From an uncultured Chitinophaga sp. (GTDB taxonomy: Bacteria > Bacteroidota > Bacteroidia > Chitinophagales > LD1), in assembly GCA_964493695.1 (NCBI GenBank), contig CAZBPG010000005.1, positions 20,602-84,601 of the forward strand: a stretch of 64,000 nucleotides of DNA, read 5' to 3'. Position numbers and translations under genes: made by a program. This document shows positions 47,901 through 57,472 of this stretch, piece by piece. The notes beneath the pieces are model-generated. The model had not been told where the DNA came from. It was given only the letters and a program-made list of their open reading frames with translations, and did no database searches. Within the stretch, counting starts at the first letter, position 1. Each line of letters starts with the position of its first letter.

Positions 47901-48620
47901 ATGAATATTGATGATTTACCCAAGGAGCTGCTGAATCACAACGATTGGAAAAAACGTACCTATAACGAAGAGATGAGCCTACTGGAAAATGCGGGCTATT
48001 CGGAAATTCCTGAAATTCAAAAACTAGTTGATACCTCAAAAGCTAAACTGATAGAGTTTGTCAAAAAAAATATTGATGAACAAAAAGCCATTTTAGATAT
48101 AGGTTTTGGAACCGGTTTGTTTCTTAAGGAGATTGAGCAGTATAGATTTTATCTCTATGGTATAGATATGAATCGTCAATTTGTTACAAGATCTGAAGGT
48201 TACTTGCCCAAAGCACACCTATTTTTAGGTAATTATCTTCAGTTTAAAGCCCCAAAAAAATTCAAACTCATTTTTTCTATTAGTATGTTGATGTACTTAG
48301 AACCTTCCCGCATCAAAAAATTCTTCAACAAATTGTATGATGACCTGGATCCTAATGGATATGTTTTTATTCAGTACCCTCACGCCCTTAGTTTTAAGGA
48401 TTTGCTTTATCCTGACATTACCTACGTAAGGTATTCGCCTAAACAGCTTGAACGTTTAGTGCGAGGAAAATTTAACGTTATTAAAAGCGAACATTTTTAT
48501 GATGGGAGAAAAATAGGGTGGTTCGATAACAATCATTATTACTTTCCGAATAGTAAAATACGTACTGATACTGTTGAAAATACATCAATCTTAGTGCTTC
48601 AAAAAAAGCCTACTGACTAA
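47901..48620 (+). CDS. class I SAM-dependent methyltransferase
   Basis: Motif I is ILDIGFGTGLFLKEI, followed by FKLIFSISMLMYLEP. The ATG at 47901 is preferred to the extended ORF at 47817. Confidence 0.75.
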   Translation: MNIDDLPKELLNHNDWKKRTYNEEMSLLENAGYSEIPEIQKLVDTSKAKLIEFVKKNIDEQKAILDIGFGTGLFLKEIEQYRFYLYGIDMNRQFVTRSEGYLPKAHLFLGNYLQFKAPKKFKLIFSISMLMYLEPSRIKKFFNKLYDDLDPNGYVFIQYPHALSFKDLLYPDITYVRYSPKQLERLVRGKFNVIKSEHFYDGRKIGWFDNNHYYFPNSKIRTDTVENTSILVLQKKPTD

Positions 48621-48642
48621 GTCTTCTCCTCAAAAAAAGGTA

Positions 48643-49674
48643 ATGCAGAAAAAAATATTAGTCACATTTGATTGTGAACTTTTTTTAGGTAAGAGAAGTG
48701 GTTCAGTTGCCAATTGCATGTTGCAGCCTACGGAAAAAATTTTGGCCTTGTTAAAAAAGCATAAGGTAAGAGCCCTTTTTTTTGTCGACATGCTTTACCT
48801 GTGCCGATTAAAAGAAGCAGCAGAAAATTACGGCAATGCAAAAAAGGACTTTGATTTTATTGAAAAGCAATTGATTGAAATGGCAGAGCAAGGTCATTAT
48901 GTTTTCAACCACCTACACCCGCACTGGTTAGATGCCGCGTATGGTGAGGCGATTAATGAATGGGAACTTGCAAATTCTTCCAAGTATATCTTTGAATCAC
49001 TGAAAGAGTATGAAAAAGATGAAGTCTTTGACAGAACTATGAGTTTGCTTAATGAGATTTTGAGGAAAGCGAAAGTAAATTTTCCTGCGGACGGCTATCG
49101 TGCTGGTGGCCTGTACATTCAACCATTCTCTTCATTTAAAAAGTATTTTGAAAAATATCGGCTTCAAAACGATTTCAGCGTCTTGATAAATGCACTTGGC
49201 GAATCTGAGAACAATGCAGGACGATTCAATTTTTCTGGAGTAAAAAAGAACATTTACTCCTTCAAAGATGATGTTGTTACTGAAGATGAAACCGGTCCTT
49301 ATACTGAATATGCAATGAAGTTCGTGGAAATCCCTTTCGTCTATCGTCTGTTAAACAGTGCTTTTTATCGTTTGTTTTCGCGTAGCAAAAAACACCAACG
49401 ATATGGAAACGGAATTTCAATTACCAACAAGATATATTCTGCCAATAATAAGCGATTCACATCCACAGAAACATTTGCTGTAGAAATGTTAAACGATATA
49501 AAACTTCCACTTTACCTGAAAGAGGCAAGTCTAAATGGTTATCTTCATTTACTCTCTCATCCCAAACTTGTTTCAGATTACAACCTACAAGTTTTTGACA
49601 AGTTGCTCGCAAAATTGAACCTACTGGAAAACGTGGAATTCGATTTCAAAAAGTTTGTGTGGAGAGAACAATGA
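48643..49674 (+). CDS. hypothetical protein, polysaccharide-deacetylase-like (CE4-like)
   Basis: ILVTFDCELF, ALFFVD and NHLHPHW loosely parallel NodB motifs. The assignment is weak. Confidence 0.4.
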   Translation: MQKKILVTFDCELFLGKRSGSVANCMLQPTEKILALLKKHKVRALFFVDMLYLCRLKEAAENYGNAKKDFDFIEKQLIEMAEQGHYVFNHLHPHWLDAAYGEAINEWELANSSKYIFESLKEYEKDEVFDRTMSLLNEILRKAKVNFPADGYRAGGLYIQPFSSFKKYFEKYRLQNDFSVLINALGESENNAGRFNFSGVKKNIYSFKDDVVTEDETGPYTEYAMKFVEIPFVYRLLNSAFYRLFSRSKKHQRYGNGISITNKIYSANNKRFTSTETFAVEMLNDIKLPLYLKEASLNGYLHLLSHPKLVSDYNLQVFDKLLAKLNLLENVEFDFKKFVWREQ

Positions 49675-50960
49675 AAAAAGTACTGATCCTCTCTTATTTT
49701 TTCCCGCCATGTAATCTCACAGCAGCACAGCGTTCACAGTCTTGGGCAAACTATCTTTCAACTTATGGATATAGACCCATAGTGATAACAAGAAGATGGG
49801 ATGAAAAAATTTCACATTTAAGTGATGTTTCCAAATCAACCCCAAACGAAGTAAAACATGAAGTGCACAAAAACTATGAAGTGTTTTATCTTCCTTACCA
49901 TTCAAATCTGCGCGATAAAATTTACGTAAAGCATAAGGAAAGTAAGTTCAACTCTATTCGGAAAACACTTACGCTTTTCGAGCTATTACTTCAGCCATTT
50001 TTCGATTTCATCATTCCTTATAACAACATCGGGAAGTTTGCTCTGAGCTATTTGAAGCAGAACCAAGATGTAAAAAAAATGGTCGTTACTGGCAACCCTT
50101 TCAATCTCTTCAAGTTTGCTTTTACATTAAATAAAGCAACCGGCATTAAATGGATTGCCGATTACCGGGATGCCTGGACCACTAGCGAAATCAACCTCAT
50201 CAATAAAGGACTGCTTCATAAATTCATCAACTATTTGGAAACTTATTTTGAAAAAAAATGGGTAAGAACATCTTCATTAGTTACTGCAAGTTCACAACCA
50301 ATAGCGAATCACGTTAGTGTATTAGTGAAGAAAGAAGGCCATGCACTTTACAATGGCTTTGTAGCAGAAGACTTTAATGGTATCACAGTAAACGGTAAGT
50401 TTGAAGAATTTACAATAACTTATGTAGGAACCCTGTATGATGGGCAGAAAATAGAAATTTTTTGCGAGGCATTTAAAAAGCTGATAGATGAAGTACCCTC
50501 TGCGTCAGTTAAGTTTATCTTGCCTGGATTAAATTTTTACAAAGCGCAACAGCAACGTGTTGAGCGTGTGATGAAAGGTTACGAAAAGCACTACTCGTGT
50601 ACGGAACGTATGGAACGAGATAAAATTCTGGCAATCGAAAAGCAATCTCATTTATTGCTACATGTTGCATGGGGTGCACATAGCGGCATTATTGCCAGCA
50701 AGATTTATGAATACATTGCCAGCGGAACTTTTATCTTAGTTACACCGACCGATAATGGAGCAATTGAAGAAATTGTTCAAAAAAGTAAATGTGGCGTTTG
50801 CACAAGAACAGTAGATGAAACTTTTATCTTTTTAAAGCAGGAATACGAAAGTTATTTACAAGGGAAGTTCAGAACAAACGATGTAACAGGGCAAAATACA
50901 TTGCAATTCTCAAGACAAAAACAAGTCGGCAGATTGGCGGAATTGTTAGATAAAATATAA
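49671..50960 (+). CDS. glycosyltransferase (GT4-like)
   Basis: MKKVLILSYFFPPCNLTAAQRSQSWANYL is at the N-terminus and IIASKIYEYIASGTFILV at the C-terminus. It has an ATGA overlap with the upstream stop. Confidence 0.65.
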   Translation: MKKVLILSYFFPPCNLTAAQRSQSWANYLSTYGYRPIVITRRWDEKISHLSDVSKSTPNEVKHEVHKNYEVFYLPYHSNLRDKIYVKHKESKFNSIRKTLTLFELLLQPFFDFIIPYNNIGKFALSYLKQNQDVKKMVVTGNPFNLFKFAFTLNKATGIKWIADYRDAWTTSEINLINKGLLHKFINYLETYFEKKWVRTSSLVTASSQPIANHVSVLVKKEGHALYNGFVAEDFNGITVNGKFEEFTITYVGTLYDGQKIEIFCEAFKKLIDEVPSASVKFILPGLNFYKAQQQRVERVMKGYEKHYSCTERMERDKILAIEKQSHLLLHVAWGAHSGIIASKIYEYIASGTFILVTPTDNGAIEEIVQKSKCGVCTRTVDETFIFLKQEYESYLQGKFRTNDVTGQNTLQFSRQKQVGRLAELLDKI

Positions 50961-50969
50961 TTACGCGGC

Positions 50970-52073
50970 ATGAAGAAAGTATTGGTGTGCGTAGGTACTC
51001 GTCCAAACCTCATTAAGATAACTCAGCTAGAAAAGTGTTTTGCACATTATACCTCTATTGAATACAAGTTACTTCATACCGGTCAGCATTACGACTACAA
51101 CATGAATGACATTTTCTTTCAACAATTGGGCGTAAAGCCCCCTGATGTTTTTTTAAACATCAACCAGGGAGGACAAATAGAAGTGATTTCGCAAATCATG
51201 AAAAAGTTTGAGGAGTTTGTTCTTGACTATAAACCTGACTTAGTTATGGTGCCTGGTGATGTAAATTCTTCTTTTGCATGTGCGTTTGTCGCTTCACGTC
51301 ATAATATTCCTGTAGCACACATCGAAAGCGGATTGCGCAGTTTTGATATGACTATGCCCGAAGAGGTAAATCGAATTTTGATTGATGATGTGGCCGAGTT
51401 GTTTTTTGTAACTGAGTCAAGCGGTGAAGAAAACTTATTGAAAGAAAATAAAAGCGAAAAAAAAATTCGCTATGTAGGAAACAGCATGATTGATTCGTTG
51501 GTAGCGTTCATGCCGTTGATTGACAAATCAGAAATCAGAAAAAACATAAAGGCAGATGATTACTACTTGGTAACGTTTCATCGTCCCGCAAATGTTGATG
51601 ATTCGAAAAATTTGAAAATTGTTGCAGAAATTCTTACCGAAATTTCACAAAAGAGAAAAGTGGTTTTCCCAATTCATCCAAGAACAAGAAAACGCTTTCA
51701 TGAATTCGGATTTGAAAAAGTAATCGAGAACGAAAACATACTTATTACAGAACCACTTGGCTATCTTGATTTTATTTCACTTGCTAAGAATGCACATGCT
51801 GTAATTACTGATTCGGGCGGAGTACAGGAAGAAACAACATTTCTCGGAGTCCCTTGCATTACACTTCGACAAAGCACCGAAAGACCCGTTACAGTTACAG
51901 AAGGGACGAATACGATGTGTGAGTTAGATGTAAAAACAATTAGTGGCATCCTGAATTCTATTGATAAAGGAACCTATAAAAAGGGCACTATTCCGAAGTT
52001 TTGGGATGGAAAAACCTCTGAAAGAATTGCCAAAGAAGTAGATGATTTTTTGAGGAACTATAAAAAAAAATGA
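50970..52073 (+). CDS. UDP-N-acetyl-sugar 2-epimerase, non-hydrolysing (WecB/WbpI family)
   Basis: Motifs include VGTRPNLIKI, GDVNSSFACAFVASRHNIPVAHIESGLRSFD..MPEEVNR and DSGGVQEETTFLGVPCITLRQSTERP. Confidence 0.9.
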   Translation: MKKVLVCVGTRPNLIKITQLEKCFAHYTSIEYKLLHTGQHYDYNMNDIFFQQLGVKPPDVFLNINQGGQIEVISQIMKKFEEFVLDYKPDLVMVPGDVNSSFACAFVASRHNIPVAHIESGLRSFDMTMPEEVNRILIDDVAELFFVTESSGEENLLKENKSEKKIRYVGNSMIDSLVAFMPLIDKSEIRKNIKADDYYLVTFHRPANVDDSKNLKIVAEILTEISQKRKVVFPIHPRTRKRFHEFGFEKVIENENILITEPLGYLDFISLAKNAHAVITDSGGVQEETTFLGVPCITLRQSTERPVTVTEGTNTMCELDVKTISGILNSIDKGTYKKGTIPKFWDGKTSERIAKEVDDFLRNYKKK

Positions 52074-52074
52074 A

Positions 52075-53040
52075 ATGAAAAATTTTGTTCTTATCGGTGC
52101 TTCAGGTTACATAGCCCCGCGACACTTAAAGGCAATTAAAGACACCGGCAATAACTTACTGGCAGCATACGATCCTTTCGACAGTGTTGGAATAATGGAC
52201 AGTTACTTCCCTAATGCCGACTTCTTTGTTGAATTCGAGCGCTTTGACCGGCATGTTGACAAGCAAAAACGAAAAAGTACCACTGTTGATTTTGTATCGA
52301 TTTGCTCCCCCAATTATCTTCACGACTCGCATATCCGTTTTGGATTACGCAACGGGGCAAATGTAATTTGCGAAAAACCCTTGGTACTTAATCCCTGGAA
52401 CGCTCAAAGTTTAATTGACCTTGAAAAAGAAACCGGGAAGCACATCAATAACATTTTGCAATTGCGCTTACATCCTAACATTATTGCTTTAAAAAAGAAA
52501 GTTGAAGAAAGTCCGAAAGATAAAGTTTTCGAATTCGACCTGACATACATTACATCTCGCGGTAACTGGTACTATACCAGTTGGAAGGGCGATGTTTCAA
52601 AATCCGGTGGAATTGCAACTAACATTGGCATCCATTTTTTTGATATGCTTACCTGGATTTTTGGAGACACGAAAAAGAATGTTGTACATATATATACCCA
52701 TGATCGTGCAGCTGGTTATCTCGAGTTTTCAAAAGCAAAAGTGCGGTGGTTTTTAAGCATCAATGCCGATACTTTGCCGGAAAGTGCGAAGCAAAAAAAT
52801 ATGCGCACATTTCGGTCCATGAGTATAGAAGGACAAGAAATTGAATTCAGCGATGGATTTACCGATTTGCACACTAATAGTTATATCGAGATTGTTAAAG
52901 GCAAGGGTTTTACAGTGAAAGATGCGATGCCGAGTATTGAAATTGCCTATACTATTCGTAAAGAAACGCCCATTGGATTAAAAGGCGATTATCATCCATT
53001 TGCAAAGGAAAAAGGAAGCAATCATCCTTTTCACTTATAG
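52075..53040 (+). CDS. Gfo/Idh/MocA oxidoreductase, WbpB/WlbA-like (UDP-GlcNAcA 3-dehydrogenase type)
   Basis: MKNFVLIGASGYIAPRHLKAIKDTGNNLLAAYDPFDSVGIMDSYFP closely parallels the WbpB N-terminus as I remember it. ICEKPL is also conserved. Confidence 0.8.
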   Translation: MKNFVLIGASGYIAPRHLKAIKDTGNNLLAAYDPFDSVGIMDSYFPNADFFVEFERFDRHVDKQKRKSTTVDFVSICSPNYLHDSHIRFGLRNGANVICEKPLVLNPWNAQSLIDLEKETGKHINNILQLRLHPNIIALKKKVEESPKDKVFEFDLTYITSRGNWYYTSWKGDVSKSGGIATNIGIHFFDMLTWIFGDTKKNVVHIYTHDRAAGYLEFSKAKVRWFLSINADTLPESAKQKNMRTFRSMSIEGQEIEFSDGFTDLHTNSYIEIVKGKGFTVKDAMPSIEIAYTIRKETPIGLKGDYHPFAKEKGSNHPFHL

Positions 53041-53070
53041 TTTCTGATTTTAAATCTCTGACTTCCTGTT

Positions 53071-54921
53071 ATGTGTGGCATTGCCGGGTTTTATTCTTCT
53101 TCAAAAAAAATAAGCGAGATTGATTTGCGCATGATGACGGATACATTACGTCATCGGGGACCTGATGCCTGTGGCTATTATTTCAACGAAGAGAATACCG
53201 TAGGTTTAGGTCATCGAAGATTGAGCATTATTGATTTAAGCGAAGCCGCCAATCAACCTATGTTTTCTAACAGTAAGAGATACGTGGTCGTGTTTAACGG
53301 AGAGGTATACAATTTTCGTGAGATAGCAAAACAACTTAACATTTCACCACAAACAGCCAGTGATACTGAAATTATCATTGAGGCGTTTGAAAAGAAAGGA
53401 GCAGGATTTGTTCATTTGCTCAACGGCATGTTCGCCATTGCTATTTATGATACGCTGGAAAGAAAAACATTTCTCTTCCGTGACCGCCTTGGAGTGAAAC
53501 CCCTCTACTACTTCTCCAATGAAAAAACTTTTGCCTTTAGCTCTGAAATAAAAGCACTACTGAAAAGTGATTTTGTTTCACAAAACGTTCAGCTGAACAA
53601 AAGAACCATTTCTACTTTTTTATATGCTGGCTACATTCCTGAACCATTCACTATTTACAACAACATTCATCGCCTTCCTTCAGGTAGTTACGTAATAGTA
53701 AGTGAAACTGGTGCAGAAGTAAATAGCTATTGGAAAGCTGAAGAGAAGGTTTCAACTAAGGTAAATTCAGATTTCAAATCAGCTAAAGAAGAGCTAAAGA
53801 ATCTTCTTGTTTCTTCCGTTCGCTACCGTATGATAAGCGATGTACCTTTCGGGACTTTCTTAAGTGGCGGCATTGATTCAAGTACTGTTACAGCTATTGC
53901 ACAGAGCATATCAGACAAACCGGTTAAAACCTTTTCGATAGGTTTTAAAGAGGCTAAATTTAACGAAAGTGAATATGCCAGAAAAGTTTCAAGGCATCTT
54001 GGTACACAACATCATGAATTTATTGTGAGTGAAGGCGATGCGATGGAATTGATAGACAAAATGATGACAGTATATGATGAACCGTTTGCCGATTCATCAG
54101 CATTGCCTACCATGCTGGTTTCAAAACTTGCCCGACAACATGTAACCATGACGTTAAGTGGTGATGGTGGTGATGAATTGTTTATGGGCTATGGCGCGTA
54201 TGATTGGGCAAGGCGACTTGATAATCCGTTAGTGAAACTGTTGCGGGAACCACTCGCTACTTCTCTCTCGCTATTAGGCAACCGGTATAAACGTGGTGCG
54301 CAAGTATTTAATTACAAAAGCGAAGCGCATAAAAAAAGTCACATTTTTTCGCAAGAACAGTATTTTTTCAGCGAAGATGAATTGACTGATTTGCTAGCCG
54401 AAGATTTCAAAATTGACCCTTTGTTTAAAGAGAACTTTAGTACAGAAAGAATACTATCAGCAGCGGAAAAGCAGGCGTTGTTTGATGTTAAGTATTACCT
54501 GAAAGACGATTTACTTGTGAAAGTAGATATTGCCAGTATGCAATTTTCGCTTGAAACACGCACACCATTCTTAGATTACCGTGTAGTTGAGTTTGCGCTG
54601 AATCTTTCGGAAGATTTAAAAAAGAAAGACGGCACTTCTAAATATTTACTCAGGGAAGTGCTTTATGATTATGTCCCGAAAGAATTTTTTAACCGTCCTA
54701 AATGGGGTTTCTCAATCCCATTGGCAAAATGGCTAAAAACGGACTTGCATTATTTGATTGAAAAATATTTGAACGAAGAGACAGTTGCTGCGTGCAGCGC
54801 TATGAATTTTGAGAAAGTAAAATCGCTTGTTACCCGATTTGAAACAGGAGAGGATTATTTATTCAATCGCATTTGGGTTTTAACTCTACTACACCGGTGG
54901 CTTAAAGAAAATTCTAAATGA
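53071..54921 (+). CDS. asparagine synthase (glutamine-hydrolysing) family amidotransferase, WbpS-like
   Basis: MCGIAGFY provides the N-terminal Cys nucleophile. LSGGIDSS is the PP-loop. The length is 616 aa. Confidence 0.9.
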   Translation: MCGIAGFYSSSKKISEIDLRMMTDTLRHRGPDACGYYFNEENTVGLGHRRLSIIDLSEAANQPMFSNSKRYVVVFNGEVYNFREIAKQLNISPQTASDTEIIIEAFEKKGAGFVHLLNGMFAIAIYDTLERKTFLFRDRLGVKPLYYFSNEKTFAFSSEIKALLKSDFVSQNVQLNKRTISTFLYAGYIPEPFTIYNNIHRLPSGSYVIVSETGAEVNSYWKAEEKVSTKVNSDFKSAKEELKNLLVSSVRYRMISDVPFGTFLSGGIDSSTVTAIAQSISDKPVKTFSIGFKEAKFNESEYARKVSRHLGTQHHEFIVSEGDAMELIDKMMTVYDEPFADSSALPTMLVSKLARQHVTMTLSGDGGDELFMGYGAYDWARRLDNPLVKLLREPLATSLSLLGNRYKRGAQVFNYKSEAHKKSHIFSQEQYFFSEDELTDLLAEDFKIDPLFKENFSTERILSAAEKQALFDVKYYLKDDLLVKVDIASMQFSLETRTPFLDYRVVEFALNLSEDLKKKDGTSKYLLREVLYDYVPKEFFNRPKWGFSIPLAKWLKTDLHYLIEKYLNEETVAACSAMNFEKVKSLVTRFETGEDYLFNRIWVLTLLHRWLKENSK

Positions 54922-56147
54922 CGGAGGTGCTTTATATGAGTTATGATGGGATGACTGATCCACTTGGGCAAAGTCAGGTTATTCCCTATTTACAGGGGCT
55001 TTCAAAACTTGGATTTCATTTTACGCTCATCAGTTTCGAAAAAAAAGAACGTTTTAATAAATCCGGAAATCAGATTTCTGAACTTCTCAAACAAAGCAAC
55101 ATTGATTGGGTACCGCTTTACTACACCAAAAATCCACCTATACTTTCTACTATCTACGATGTAGTAAGACTAAGGAGCAAAGCATTTAAATTGTATAAGC
55201 AAAAGAAATTTCAAATAGTTCACTGCCGGAGCTACATTTCATCGCTGGTTGGTTTGGTGATGAAGAAAAAATTTGGCGTGAAATTCATTTTTGATATGCG
55301 TGGCTTTTATGCCGATGAACGTGTAGATGGCGGCCTATGGAAGTTGAACAATCCGCTTTATAAAATGGTTTACGATTTTTTTAAACGAAAAGAAAAACAG
55401 TTTTTGTCTAATGCCGATTACACCATCTGTTTGACCGAAAACGGGAAACGCGAAATACAATCTTGGAAGGAAATTCCGAACCAGCCTATTTCTATTCAAG
55501 TAATACCTTGTTGTGCTGATTTAGAAAAATTTTCTCCTGCTCAAGTTGACAAAACAAAACTGCAAGAATTACGAACTCAATTTTCGATTCATGAAAATGA
55601 TTTTGTGCTAAGTTATCTCGGAAGCGTTGGCACTTGGTACATGTTAGATGAGATGCTTGATTTCTTCAGATGCCTTTTGGAAAAAAAGCCAAATGCAAAA
55701 TTTCTTTTTATTACTAACGAACCTGCCTCGTTAATTCTTGATAGATCGCAAGAAAAAAATATTCCAACAGACAAATTTGTTATCACTCCATCTCCTCATC
55801 CTTTAGTTCCGACATACCTGACGCTATCATCAGTTTCCATTTTTTTTATCAAACCTGTTTTCTCAAAACGCGCTTCATCCCCTACTAAGCAGGGCGAAAT
55901 TATGGGTATGGGCATTCCTTATGTTTGTAATACTGGTGTTGGTGATGTAGATGAAATAACAGTAGATACAAATTCGGGTTTTGCAATAAAAGAATTTTCG
56001 AAAAAGGAATATGAATACGCAATCCAAAAAATTCTAACAGAAAGGATGATTTCTGAAAAAATTCGGCAGGGAGGGATTAAGTACTTCTCATTGGAGCAGG
56101 GAGTGGTGAAATATTTTTATGTTTATCAGAATATTTTATTCCCATGA
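54918..56147 (+). CDS. glycosyltransferase (GT4-like)
   Basis: YMSYDGMTDPLGQSQVIPYL is at the N-terminus and SPTKQGEIMGMGIPYVCNTGVGD at the C-terminus. It has an ATGA overlap with the upstream gene. Confidence 0.65.
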   Translation: MTEVLYMSYDGMTDPLGQSQVIPYLQGLSKLGFHFTLISFEKKERFNKSGNQISELLKQSNIDWVPLYYTKNPPILSTIYDVVRLRSKAFKLYKQKKFQIVHCRSYISSLVGLVMKKKFGVKFIFDMRGFYADERVDGGLWKLNNPLYKMVYDFFKRKEKQFLSNADYTICLTENGKREIQSWKEIPNQPISIQVIPCCADLEKFSPAQVDKTKLQELRTQFSIHENDFVLSYLGSVGTWYMLDEMLDFFRCLLEKKPNAKFLFITNEPASLILDRSQEKNIPTDKFVITPSPHPLVPTYLTLSSVSIFFIKPVFSKRASSPTKQGEIMGMGIPYVCNTGVGDVDEITVDTNSGFAIKEFSKKEYEYAIQKILTERMISEKIRQGGIKYFSLEQGVVKYFYVYQNILFP

Positions 56148-57472
56148 AATTGAAAGATATTTTTGAAAAACATCCACTTAGCATTTCTCTGTCTTTATTC
56201 ACCTTTGCCTTTATTGTTTCCAGAATTCTCTTCCTGATATGCCCTTTTGTTGAAATTTCATATGACAGCATTGAGTATTCTAACTTTTTTGATCTTTATC
56301 TTTCTCAGGGCAAACTACCACCTAACGATTATACGCCACTAGGATACCCATTTCTTGTTAAATGTATCTCTTTAGTAAGTAATTCTGTATACGTCATTAT
56401 CGGCTTACAAATGCTTATAGATTATCTAGTATGTGCGTTAGTGCTTTTTTCCATTAGTAAGTTTTATAGACCCACTTATTCCATACTTACCTCAATTGCG
56501 CTATCTTTTTTCATTCTGTCTCCTAACAATGTTTATTATGATGTTTCCGTACTTTCTGAATCTCTTTATAATTCCAGTTTAGTTTTCATAGTTGCATCTG
56601 CCATCTGGGCAGTAAACAGCAAAGAAAAATGGGCATGGCAGTTGCTATCTCTTTCCTTAGCACTACCTGTATTATTTAGACCTAATGGTTTGTTCACTGT
56701 TATCCTCATTTTTTTCGCAATTTCATATTTGTTTTTTAACGCCCGTAAAACAATTTATGTTTTCGCAACTCCATTTTTATCTATTTGGCTTCTACTAAGC
56801 GCATATTCTTATTTTGCGAATGGAGAGTTTTCGGTTATAAGTTCAAAACGTGTAAAGGGATCTACTGCTACAACAGCAGGTAAAAAAAGAATCGAACAAG
56901 CCTCTGAAGAAATTGTATTCCGTTTCATAAAAAGAATAGCTCCGCACTACAACCATTTCAATAACCAGCGTTCTTTTTACCATAAACTTGAGGATTTGAA
57001 GAGAAAATATATCGACCAACAGTATGTAAAAAAGGTGAGCGAAACAGAAGAATTTTTCTTCCCCCTCACTGAAGTTGAAAAAAAAAGAGCGTTTAAAGAG
57101 TTTTACGACACTACCCATCTTAAGCAACTCGCCCAAAAACAGCAAACTATTACTCAAGGATTTTTCTTTAAAATTTTTGATTTCTATCAGTTAAAATTTG
57201 AAAGCAAGTTTGTTACTAATTACATTTGGCAATGGATAATGGTGCTCGCATTTATGTATTCCTTTTTCATTCTTATCCAGACCCGATTTACGAATGCAAC
57301 AGCTTTTTTGTTATTCTTTGTGATTGCCATAAACATTGGAACTAACCTCATCTCCATTCTTTCCACACAACGACAACTACCTCGGTATGAATATCCTGCC
57401 GAATTTTTGTTTCATTTGTCCATAGTATTTTTGATTGTACTTGTACAGGAAAGAAGAGGGCATGTTCAATAA
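56144..57472 (+). CDS. polytopic membrane protein, possible GT-C-fold glycosyltransferase
   Basis: 442 aa with multiple TM segments. The first-loop region DSIEYSNF...PPNDYTPLGYPFLV is reminiscent of ArnT/PMT-type GT-C enzymes. An internal soluble segment is present. The functional call is weak. Confidence 0.45.
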   Translation: MKLKDIFEKHPLSISLSLFTFAFIVSRILFLICPFVEISYDSIEYSNFFDLYLSQGKLPPNDYTPLGYPFLVKCISLVSNSVYVIIGLQMLIDYLVCALVLFSISKFYRPTYSILTSIALSFFILSPNNVYYDVSVLSESLYNSSLVFIVASAIWAVNSKEKWAWQLLSLSLALPVLFRPNGLFTVILIFFAISYLFFNARKTIYVFATPFLSIWLLLSAYSYFANGEFSVISSKRVKGSTATTAGKKRIEQASEEIVFRFIKRIAPHYNHFNNQRSFYHKLEDLKRKYIDQQYVKKVSETEEFFFPLTEVEKKRAFKEFYDTTHLKQLAQKQQTITQGFFFKIFDFYQLKFESKFVTNYIWQWIMVLAFMYSFFILIQTRFTNATAFLLFFVIAINIGTNLISILSTQRQLPRYEYPAEFLFHLSIVFLIVLVQERRGHVQ

